Positions 1-6,941 of a DNA stretch of 39,490 nt are shown here, piece by piece. Every line of letters starts with the position of its first letter. Within the stretch, counting starts at the first letter, position 1. The stretch covers positions 1-39,490 of the IMG/VR virus record IMGVR_UViG_3300014656_000059, one strand, 5' to 3'. The translations under genes were made by a program, and so were the position numbers. A model generated the notes under the pieces. That model was given only the letters and a program-made list of their open reading frames with translations. It was not told where the DNA came from and ran no database searches. Origin of the DNA: a virus. Its lineage: Duplodnaviria; Caudoviricetes.

Positions 1-50
1 AAACGTATGCTAGGAAGGACGTAAAAATCATTATTAAACTCCTATTATTA

Positions 51-242
51 TTAACGGTAATATTTTAGATATTCTATAGCTAAAAGATAGGGATCTCTAT
101 CTAGATGGGTGTTGCAAAAAATCTCTAATGTTTCTACATTAGATTTGTGTTTGTTGTTCTTGTTAGAAGAATTTACGGGGGGGGGCTTAGCCTCACCCCC
201 GTTTTTATTATTAAATCCACTCTGTCTTTTTTTCTTGGACAT
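51..242 (-). CDS. Hypothetical protein
   Basis: 63-aa ORF in the leftward operon, overlapping the upstream gene; low complexity. Confidence 0.4.
   Translation of the reverse strand: MSKKKRQSGFNNKNGGEAKPPPVNSSNKNNKHKSNVETLEIFCNTHLDRDPYLLAIEYLKYYR
175..206 (+). terminator. GC-rich hairpin with T-run on + strand
   Basis: ACGGGGG...CCCCCGT followed by TTTT; faces against the local genes. Confidence 0.35.
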
Positions 243-447
243 AGTGCCGGCCCTTCACCTTGCATTTAATACACTGGATTCTCTTGAATTTATCTATTCC
301 ATCCCCATGATAAACCATTGGTTCTGTATCCCAACAGTGCTCTTTACATTGGTAGCATTCGATATCATTCTTTCTATAATCCGTTGTCTTTCCTAGACCC
401 GAAAGCATTGGTCCCATTAATTCTTTAGGTATTTTTTTAAACCCCAT
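211..447 (-). CDS. Small CxxC/CxxC zinc-finger protein
   Basis: CYQC...CIKC; AAGGA upstream of ATG. Confidence 0.65.
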   Translation of the reverse strand: MGFKKIPKELMGPMLSGLGKTTDYRKNDIECYQCKEHCWDTEPMVYHGDGIDKFKRIQCIKCKVKGRHYVQEKKTEWI

Positions 448-456
448 AACATTTCC

Positions 457-771
457 TTAAAATGGTAATTTTGGTTGAGGCTCGTTTTTTGCAAGCTTCG
501 CACAGAATTCATCGAAAGCATTTCGCAACATCTTTTGAAATTTTTCAAACCTTGATTTATCAGGTATTGCTATCAAAGGAGCATACTTTCTTTCATGTGT
601 TTTTTCATCAACATACCCTTTTGAAGGAAAATTAAACCACGCTTCGCCATTTTTGTAAAATACAGACATGTCTTTGATCATGAATCCAGAGGGTAGTTCT
701 ATATCTATGTAGCCATAAAAAGACCCGCGCTTAATTTTTCTCAATCTTTTCACTTCGATTTTATTGTCCAT
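457..771 (-). CDS. SpoVG-like nucleic-acid-binding protein (possible SSB substitute)
   Basis: GFMIKDMSV...WFNFPSK...Y motif; lies downstream of exonuclease/annealase; GGGGA SD favours the 771 start. Confidence 0.6.
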   Translation of the reverse strand: MDNKIEVKRLRKIKRGSFYGYIDIELPSGFMIKDMSVFYKNGEAWFNFPSKGYVDEKTHERKYAPLIAIPDKSRFEKFQKMLRNAFDEFCAKLAKNEPQPKLPF

Positions 772-818
772 AATTTCCCCTTTATGGTAGAATAACATTT
801 ATAACGTAACATTATTTT

Positions 819-855
819 AAGCCGTTTAGCTTGTCTTGCTATTACGGCTTTTTTT
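819..855 (+). terminator. Intergenic hairpin with T7 on + strand
   Basis: AAGCCGT..TAGC-loop-GCTA..ACGGCTT then T-run. Confidence 0.5.
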
Positions 856-861
856 ATTCCT

Positions 862-1731
862 CTACTCGCTCATGGCTTTGATCGTCCAATAAGAAGTCTC
901 TTTACCCCTGTATTGTTCCAGATCAACATCTTTCAATGAAGGAATAGAGCTATATTTAATCGAGCCCTTTCTTTTGTTTTGTTTTACTTTAAATCCTAGA
1001 CCAACATGAGGCTTGCCTCCACATAGCTCTATAATTTTTTCTTTTACATTTATTTCTTGTTGCTCTATCTCTTTCTTTTGTGCCTGTAAAGCCGCGTACT
1101 CTGTCAACCAACAAGAAAGTTCCGACCCATGGTCGATCGTCTTATATATTATGTCCTCGAAGCCATCGGGTGGTGTCCTATTAATGATCATTTGATAAAA
1201 TTCATTCTCTTTTTTGATCATATCCTCTATAAAATTATCATCACGTTTAACCTCTAGTAATATTCCTTTGTCCATCGAGGATTCATTATAACAAAAATAA
1301 TGAGTCCTCTTTACATTGGCGACGAACATACAGTGTTGCATTTGTGCCATGTAGTATTTGGGTATTTCTCCAATCAATGCTTGTTCGAAGGATTTTTTCC
1401 CGCATTTTATTTCTAATATTAGATCACCATAAAAGTTTATACCGTCTAATGAGGCTCCCATCCACTCGTTTTCATCATGCTGGACAACCGCGGGCATCAT
1501 TCCATTGCCGGTCATTTTCTGGTACTCAGCCCTCGCCTCTGGCTCCAACCTATTACCATCACGCATTCTTTGGTTTACATAGGGGAGCACACCATCTACC
1601 TTTTCCATGTAAAGCTGCTTTACATCCTTCCAAGGATTCAACCCTAATATTACGGCAGCATCAGTTCCGGTGATCTTCATCCGTCTCCAATCCAACCATT
1701 CTTGAGAGCCCTGCTCTAGATCAAACCTCAT
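862..1731 (-). CDS. YqaJ/lambda-exonuclease family recombination nuclease
   Basis: QGSQEWLDWR, ITGTD, ASLDG, LEIKC, YYMAQMQH motifs. Confidence 0.93.
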   Translation of the reverse strand: MRFDLEQGSQEWLDWRRMKITGTDAAVILGLNPWKDVKQLYMEKVDGVLPYVNQRMRDGNRLEPEARAEYQKMTGNGMMPAVVQHDENEWMGASLDGINFYGDLILEIKCGKKSFEQALIGEIPKYYMAQMQHCMFVANVKRTHYFCYNESSMDKGILLEVKRDDNFIEDMIKKENEFYQMIINRTPPDGFEDIIYKTIDHGSELSCWLTEYAALQAQKKEIEQQEINVKEKIIELCGGKPHVGLGFKVKQNKRKGSIKYSSIPSLKDVDLEQYRGKETSYWTIKAMSE

Positions 1732-2335
1732 CTTTCTTCTCAGTTCTTTCTTTTATTATTGTACAAACTTTTTCGTACATACTGGTCGGTATTTCAAATA
1801 TATTTGTCACCTTCAGCCATGTAAGTATATTGTATTTAAGCTTATCATCATTGTTCAGTAGCTTTTCTATTTGTAAAGCCTGTTCTTTAGAGATGGATGG
1901 CGGCTTATAGTTTATGCTATCCTTCTCTACATCATCTCCCGTCTCTAAACAGAACGTTTTAAGCATGGCGTATTTCACAGCGTAAGATACTGCTTTACCT
2001 ATTCCCTTGTCCTGGTTGTCTATACCATATCCGTAATGAATTACAACCAGCCGGTCTTCGGGATTGTCGACGTTGACAAATTCTATTTTCATTTTTACTG
2101 TTGTTCTATTTCCGTCTTGAGTTAATTCGTCGATTGATGGAACCATAACCATTCCATTCTCTGCCATCGGTCCATGTAAAGCAGAAGTTACTGCATCGTG
2201 ACTAACAAATCTGTATTGCTTGTTAACCATGGTTGTTTCTTTTTTAACAAAACTAACCTCTTTCATAACCGCTTGAATACGTTGATATATATTCCTAGAG
2301 GGATTAATAATCTTTTCTTCATTTTTTTTGACCAT
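1721..2335 (-). CDS. ERF-family single-strand annealing protein
   Basis: DKGIGKAVSYAVKYAMLKTFCLETGDD motif; adjacent to exonuclease. Confidence 0.88.
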   Translation of the reverse strand: MVKKNEEKIINPSRNIYQRIQAVMKEVSFVKKETTMVNKQYRFVSHDAVTSALHGPMAENGMVMVPSIDELTQDGNRTTVKMKIEFVNVDNPEDRLVVIHYGYGIDNQDKGIGKAVSYAVKYAMLKTFCLETGDDVEKDSINYKPPSISKEQALQIEKLLNNDDKLKYNILTWLKVTNIFEIPTSMYEKVCTIIKERTEKKDEV

Positions 2336-2367
2336 ACCTATTACCTTCTGTTTTATTACTATATGTC

Positions 2368-2397
2368 ATTATATCATTACGTATATATCTTTGGCAA
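2368..2397 (-). promoter_or_regulatory. Sigma70-type promoter for recombination genes
   Basis: TTGCCA-18-TATAAT with extended -10 TG on the minus strand. Confidence 0.6.
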
Positions 2398-2401
2398 TAC
2401 A

Positions 2402-2509
2402 CTAAAAGAAGTTACTTAATTTTAAACTTTCCTTTGAAAGATATACAATCCAAGTCCAAAGAAATCCTTGCATTCCAAGAATAGTTATAAAAATAAAATA
2501 ATTATTCAT
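2402..2509 (-). CDS. 35-aa hydrophobic peptide
   Basis: Manual translation MNNYFIFITILGMQGFLWTWIVYLSKESLKLSNFF; AGGT SD; below the ORF-track cutoff. Confidence 0.5.
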   Translation of the reverse strand: MNNYFIFITILGMQGFLWTWIVYLSKESLKLSNFF

Positions 2510-2519
2510 ATCAACCTAC

Positions 2520-2612
2520 TTATTTCTTATTTAGTATTTTAATTATTTTTGCTAGTTTTAAGTCTATAAGCATGACTCCAATTAGCATTATCCCTAATAT
2601 TAGTAAAATCAT
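2520..2612 (-). CDS. 30-aa membrane peptide with Lys-rich tail
   Basis: Manual translation MILLILGIMLIGVMLIDLKLAKIIKILNKK; GGGAGG SD. Confidence 0.6.
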   Translation of the reverse strand: MILLILGIMLIGVMLIDLKLAKIIKILNKK

Positions 2613-2627
2613 ATTAACCTCCCGTAA

Positions 2628-3155
2628 TTAATCTAAATCTTTACCGGTCATAGACTGCATTGCTTCAAATACTTTTTTGGTACGACACGCACTCATGAGT
2701 ATATCTTTAACTTTTTCTTTTTCTTCCCCGGTAGGTGTTGTTTTCTTTTCGCCAACATCAATAATACGACGGGTAAATTTTACCAGATCAATAACTCTTA
2801 TCTTGTTATTTCTATGCTTGCGGTTATAGGTTTTAATTTTTCTTAGAAGCGAATCTTTTTGTGTCTTTGACAATCCATCTTCTTTTGCTAGCAAAACCTT
2901 TGTAACGATTTTAAATCCAAAGTGGTGATATCCGAGAAAGATGGACTGACATATCAATTCTAATTTCAAGAGCAGGGAGTTTTTTGCCTCACCTTTTTTA
3001 TTAAGCTTGTTGATATATTTTATTTTACGACCATTTGAAATAACAATGGTGTTATCTCTTCTTCCTTGTGTACAAAAATCTTTGCTTGTTTTATCCAGCC
3101 TATTTTCATTAACCGGTTGTCTTGGATATAAATTAATAAAATGATAATCTTTCAT
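2628..3155 (-). CDS. Hypothetical basic protein
   Basis: 175-aa ORF; ATGA overlap with the upstream gene. Confidence 0.6.
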   Translation of the reverse strand: MKDYHFINLYPRQPVNENRLDKTSKDFCTQGRRDNTIVISNGRKIKYINKLNKKGEAKNSLLLKLELICQSIFLGYHHFGFKIVTKVLLAKEDGLSKTQKDSLLRKIKTYNRKHRNNKIRVIDLVKFTRRIIDVGEKKTTPTGEEKEKVKDILMSACRTKKVFEAMQSMTGKDLD

Positions 3156-3379
3156 GATACCCTCCAGTTTAACGATTCCTCTCTTAGCTCTTTGTATTTT
3201 TCAAGAGCGTCATCAATGGTGACGGCTTCGATAAGCTCAGTTTCGAACGGTTCTTGACTTTTATACCATCGGTATTCTCTTTCAAATTCACTTTTAATTG
3301 GTAGATACCAAGGAGATGAACAGGTATCTAAGACCTCACCACACTGAACAATGTATAATCTTAATGTTTGTGTTCTCAT
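3152..3379 (-). CDS. Hypothetical protein
   Basis: 75 aa; AGGAGG SD. Confidence 0.7.
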   Translation of the reverse strand: MRTQTLRLYIVQCGEVLDTCSSPWYLPIKSEFEREYRWYKSQEPFETELIEAVTIDDALEKYKELREESLNWRVS

Positions 3380-3394
3380 GACTTCCTCCTTTTT

Positions 3395-3470
3395 TCGTGA
3401 TCTTTTTCCCGCCTCCGAGGGGTTGAACCTCGGTTTCTGACTGACCGGTCTAGCGGGAAAAAGACCACGA
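3395..3470 (-). ncRNA. Anticodon-less tRNA-like structured RNA in early leader
   Basis: 18-bp closing stem (one G-U on the minus strand), UA, GAC-cggtca-GUC arm, AGAAA, CCGAGG-UUCAACC-CCUCGG T-arm. Confidence 0.65.
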
Positions 3471-3503
3471 TCACCATACTAACCTCTCTCCCCTTCCATC
3501 TTC

Positions 3504-3532
3504 ATTATATAAAATATTATATAAAATGTCAA
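3504..3532 (-). promoter_or_regulatory. Consensus sigma70 leftward early promoter with tandem 12-bp repeat
   Basis: TTGACA-17-TATAAT on the minus strand; ATTATATAAAAT twice (3504-3515, 3516-3527). Confidence 0.85.
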
Positions 3533-3601
3533 GTTTTTTCTTTAAGCTATTAACAAAAAGGCATATTCGTGTATGTTTTTTCGTATATACAGGAGGTTAA
3601 T

Positions 3602-3793
3602 ATGACAAAAGAAGTTTTGATTTTTAAGATACCATCGAGGATGAAACAAGCGTTAAAAGAGAAAGCATTTGCTGAAAAATGTTCTGTATCGGAACTAGTA
3701 AGGTATGCTTTACATAAGTATCTTATCCTGGAGGATGGCAGTATTTTTTCATCTTGCTTGCCAAAAAAAGATTTTGATTCTATATTGGGGTAA
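3602..3793 (+). CDS. Ribbon-helix-helix (Arc/CopG-like) regulator
   Basis: LIFKIP..MKQALKEKA....SVSELVRYAL pattern; GGAGG SD; divergent from the early promoter. Confidence 0.75.
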   Translation: MTKEVLIFKIPSRMKQALKEKAFAEKCSVSELVRYALHKYLILEDGSIFSSCLPKKDFDSILG

Positions 3794-3825
3794 TTTCCGG
3801 ATAACCCTTAATTAAGAGGTCTAAA

Positions 3826-4014
3826 ATGGCAGAAAAAATGAAACCGGCTGTTGGCGATCACGGCATTAATGCTTCGGCTGAAAGTGCTGCCAAGTCACCA
3901 AATCTACAAGATGGTAGAATGGTTAACATGGAAACAATCGCTAGCGAAAATAAAAAGAGAGATGTCGCACACAAAGGCGAAATGCCTGTTAAAAAAGAGG
4001 GCGGCATCGTTTAA
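3826..4014 (+). CDS. Small hydrophilic hypothetical protein
   Basis: 62 aa; GAGG SD; followed by a terminator. Confidence 0.7.
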   Translation: MAEKMKPAVGDHGINASAESAAKSPNLQDGRMVNMETIASENKKRDVAHKGEMPVKKEGGIV

Positions 4015-4049
4015 ATTTTCCCTCATGAATGTAACCTATTCATATTTCG

Positions 4050-4073
4050 AACCCCGATTCTCGGGGTTTTTTT
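4050..4073 (+). terminator. Rho-independent terminator
   Basis: AACCCCGA-TTC-TCGGGGTT plus T-run. Confidence 0.85.
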
Positions 4074-4086
4074 GTCTTAGATTAAA

Positions 4087-4292
4087 CTCTGCTTTACATG
4101 TGTAAACCCGCTTTACATGTGAAAAAACTCCCTGTAGAATTTTGAAGGGTAAAAAAATATTCGGAACAGACAGTTCTTATGTGTCCAATATTCGAGCAGT
4201 TTTTTTTTTATTATTATTTTAGATGTAAAGCGGCGGTACATCCTAGACAAACACTTGTTTTGTTCGTTTTCTCTACCTGTTGTAAAGCAGAG
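4087..4292. repeat. Four GCTTTACA/TGTAAAGC motifs as nested inverted repeats
   Basis: 4087-4098 is the reverse complement of 4281-4292; 4108-4118 of 4223-4233. Confidence 0.8.
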
Positions 4293-4465
4293 GATTACAA
4301 AAAAACTCCTATAAATAAAGGGCTAATATTGCTAGGATGTATAAAAAAATCCGGCTGGTTAGGCCGGACTAAAACGAAGGTGGTTGGCTAAAAAGCCCTT
4401 TCGAGATCATGAAGACCCCTTTGAAATAAAGAGCGGAATAAATCTCACTCTTAAAAAAAATATAG

Positions 4466-4525
4466 TGGCACCAAAGAGTTTAGGATGGCACCAAAAAATT
4501 TAACATAGCACCAAAGAGTTTAGCA
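4466..4525. repeat. Three tandem 20-bp iteron-like repeats
   Basis: TGGCACCAAAGAGTTTAGGA / TGGCACCAAAAAATTTAACA / TAGCACCAAAGAGTTTAGCA. Confidence 0.85.
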
Positions 4526-4689
4526 TGACGATTTCTAAAAGTCAAAGAACAAAATCAGAAAAAAAAACTACCCCCAAAAAAATACGCATTTCGCGTCTTG
4601 TTTCTCAGTCAATGAGGAAAATAAAAAACCCCGCTATTTCTAACGGGGTAACCAAAACGCTTTTTAAAATCCCAAAAAGGTAGGGTATC

Positions 4690-5598
4690 ATGACGGTTTA
4701 TAAAAGACCACAGAGAAATAATTTATTTGCTTCAAGCAGGGCATGGATGCAAGATCCAAGATTAAAAAACTCGTCTCGCGGTTTATTAGCTGTAATGCTA
4801 TCAATGCCGGCAGACTGGGACTTCTATCAAAGAGATTTGATAAAAAGATGTGGTGAGGGTGAAGACGCTATCCGTTCTCAAATGAAGGACCTCGTCAAGT
4901 TTGGCTATTTGATAAAGAGACCACAATCAAGATCACATTCAGGAAAATGGGGAAATATTTCTTATGAGGTTTGGGACACCTCGCAAATATGTGGTCAACT
5001 CACTAATGAACAGGTGGATAAGATCTTTTCTTGTGCGTATAACTTAGATGATTTTCAAATAATTTATCCGAAACCGGATTTTCCGGTACCGGTCAGCCCG
5101 GGACCGGAGAATCCAGGACTACAACATAACAAAGAACAATTACCTTCGGTAAAAGAAGACAACAACACTGAACAGGATTGTAGTTGTTCTCTTTTGAAGG
5201 AATTAGATATTCCAATTCATGAGAAACGTAAGATAGCAGCAGCATTTTTGGAACCAGCCCAAGAGCTTCTGGTGAAGAGGGTTCTTAGGTGGAAGGGGAG
5301 GCGAAGTGATTTAATCGCCTGTAGGACGATCATGAACAAGTGGAATGAGTGGTCGGACTCTCTTTCTGAAGAAGAGAAGAAATCCCAGTACGAAGATGAC
5401 ATGGTTGCCATCGGGGAGAAAATCCAGGAAAATAAAGAATACGCTGAAGAAGCTAAGATAGACAATCCTTGTGCAGGTTTTGAAATATATTCTGACCGTG
5501 TGATGTTTAAAACGAAAAAAGGGTTTTTCCCTTTAGGATTTGCTGAAGAGGATTTCATAGACCGTTTTGAAAAAATGTTGAGTATCCAGGTGTTATAA
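4690..5598 (+). CDS. Phage replication initiator with N-terminal HTH
   Basis: DPRL...RGLLAVMLSMPADWDF...L, ending DLVKFGYL; central Pro-rich repeat linker. Confidence 0.75.
   Translation: MTVYKRPQRNNLFASSRAWMQDPRLKNSSRGLLAVMLSMPADWDFYQRDLIKRCGEGEDAIRSQMKDLVKFGYLIKRPQSRSHSGKWGNISYEVWDTSQICGQLTNEQVDKIFSCAYNLDDFQIIYPKPDFPVPVSPGPENPGLQHNKEQLPSVKEDNNTEQDCSCSLLKELDIPIHEKRKIAAAFLEPAQELLVKRVLRWKGRRSDLIACRTIMNKWNEWSDSLSEEEKKSQYEDDMVAIGEKIQENKEYAEEAKIDNPCAGFEIYSDRVMFKTKKGFFPLGFAEEDFIDRFEKMLSIQVL
5068..5112. repeat. Three 15-bp CCGnnACCGG repeats inside initiator gene
   Basis: CCGAAACCGGATTTT / CCGGTACCGGTCAGC / CCGGGACCGGAGAAT. Confidence 0.65.
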
Positions 5599-5651
5599 AA
5601 GACCATTTTGTGTATGATACTTTGCAATACATACAAAAAAAAGAGGCTAAG

Positions 5652-6098
5652 ATGAAAAAAGTTTTTTACATAGTTGTATTTTGTTGCACGATGATTTCTT
5701 TTTTAGGTGCGTCACAAGTAGTAGAGGAGCAGCACTCTAAGAGAGAGTGTAAATTACAAAAATCTTTAAGATGTGAAAACGGGCATGTAAAATGCCGTAT
5801 ATGTAAAAAATGTGTTAATTCTAGATGTGTGTGGGGGGTTTGTAAAAAAGAACACCCGATAGTGTGGGTTAATGTTGCATTAGAGCTGCCAAAAAACGAA
5901 GAACTCGTGATGGTTTTGTTGAATGAAAAATTTTTTACGACAGCTAGACTCTTAGATTTTGTGGGTTGGGAATTTGATTCGAGTAACTGCAATTCCGTTA
6001 TATGTCACAGCTTAGACGGTGTTGCACATGTTGTAGATAATCCGATAGTTACGCACTGGAAATACATTGATTATTTACCTGAGGAGGTATCGAATTGA
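5652..6098 (+). CDS. Signal-peptide and Cys-rich protein with DUF551-like C-terminus
   Basis: MKKVFYIVVF N-terminus; Cys cluster; WVNV..ELP...VTHW motif. Confidence 0.6.
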   Translation: MKKVFYIVVFCCTMISFLGASQVVEEQHSKRECKLQKSLRCENGHVKCRICKKCVNSRCVWGVCKKEHPIVWVNVALELPKNEELVMVLLNEKFFTTARLLDFVGWEFDSSNCNSVICHSLDGVAHVVDNPIVTHWKYIDYLPEEVSN

Positions 6099-6187
6099 AA
6101 AAAATTCTAATCGTAATGGCGCTGATGTTTTTCATACCCACAAGTATGCCAACAATTCCGCCGATTTGGCCAAGAAGCTCTAGTTAA
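6095..6187 (+). CDS. 30-aa signal-peptide-like ORF
   Basis: TTG start with GAGGAGG SD; MKKILIVMALMFFIPTSMPTIPPIWPRSSS. Confidence 0.55.
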   Translation: MKKILIVMALMFFIPTSMPTIPPIWPRSSS

Positions 6188-6189
6188 AA

Positions 6190-6336
6190 ATGGATGATTT
6201 TTCTGATCAAGGTTCTGGTTGCGGTCGCAGTTCCGGAGGCGGTTCCGGTTTTGGTTCTGGTTACGGTTCCGGTGACGGTTCTAGTTACGGTTCTGGTTAC
6301 GGTTCCTGTGACGGAGACGGTTCTGGAAACGGTTAA
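6190..6336 (+). CDS. Gly-X repeat peptide, copy 1 (48 aa)
   Basis: Manual translation MDDFSDQGSGCG...GDGSGNG; paralog of the next ORF. Confidence 0.55.
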   Translation: MDDFSDQGSGCGRSSGGGSGFGSGYGSGDGSSYGSGYGSCDGDGSGNG

Positions 6337-6350
6337 TTACAAACAAAAGG

Positions 6351-6614
6351 ATGGGCGCCATGGATGATTTTTCTGATCAAGGTTCTGATTATGGTTCCGG
6401 TTTTGGTTCTGGTTACGGTTCCGGTTTTGGTTCTGGTTACGGTTCCGGTGACGGTTCCGGTGACGGTTCCGGTTACGGTTTTGGTTACGGTTCTAGTTAC
6501 GGTTCTAGTTACGGTTTCGGTTACGGAGACGGTTCCGGTTCCGGTTCCGGTTACGGAGACGGTTTCGGTGACGGTCCCGGTGACGGTTCCGGTTACGGTT
6601 CTGGAAACGGTTAA
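6351..6614 (+). CDS. Gly-X repeat peptide, copy 2
   Basis: MDDFSDQG...GSGNG; the start may be 6360. Confidence 0.6.
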   Translation: MGAMDDFSDQGSDYGSGFGSGYGSGFGSGYGSGDGSGDGSGYGFGYGSSYGSSYGFGYGDGSGSGSGYGDGFGDGPGDGSGYGSGNG

Positions 6615-6647
6615 TTACAAACAAACAAACAAACAAAAGGAAATAAA

Positions 6648-6941
6648 ATGATAGAAAAAGACAAATATTACATCGTACGAACATACTCAGCTGGAGTTTT
6701 TGCAGGATATATTGAGAAAAAAGAGGGCAAAGAGGTCGTGATGAAAAATGCGCGCCGGCTCTGGTATTGGGATGGTGCTTCGTCATTGTCTCAGCTCGCG
6801 ATGGAAGGCGTCAAAAAACCGGAAAACTGCAAATTCCCATGTGAAGTCGATAGTGTGATACTCACTGAAGCGGTTGAAATAATTCCGTGTACTGAAAAAG
6901 CACGGGAAAATATTGCCGCGGTTCCGGTATGGAAGCAATAA
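6648..6941 (+). CDS. DUF6948-like phage protein
   Basis: YIVRTYSAGVFAG...NARRLWYWDGASSLSQLA...EIIPCT; AAGGA SD; family name from recall. Confidence 0.75.
   Translation: MIEKDKYYIVRTYSAGVFAGYIEKKEGKEVVMKNARRLWYWDGASSLSQLAMEGVKKPENCKFPCEVDSVILTEAVEIIPCTEKARENIAAVPVWKQ

Noticed and set aside
3395-3470. Canonical tRNA gene or attP tRNA fragment
   Set aside because: No anticodon arm or CCA end, closing stem is 18 bp, and no integrase is present
4179-4391. 70-aa ORF in the control region
   Set aside because: No SD, crosses a poly-T tract and motif repeats; more likely non-coding
4466-4525. CRISPR mini-array (also considered for 6190-6614 and 7708-7750)
   Set aside because: Repeats are directly tandem or coding, with no unique spacers of uniform length and no cas genes
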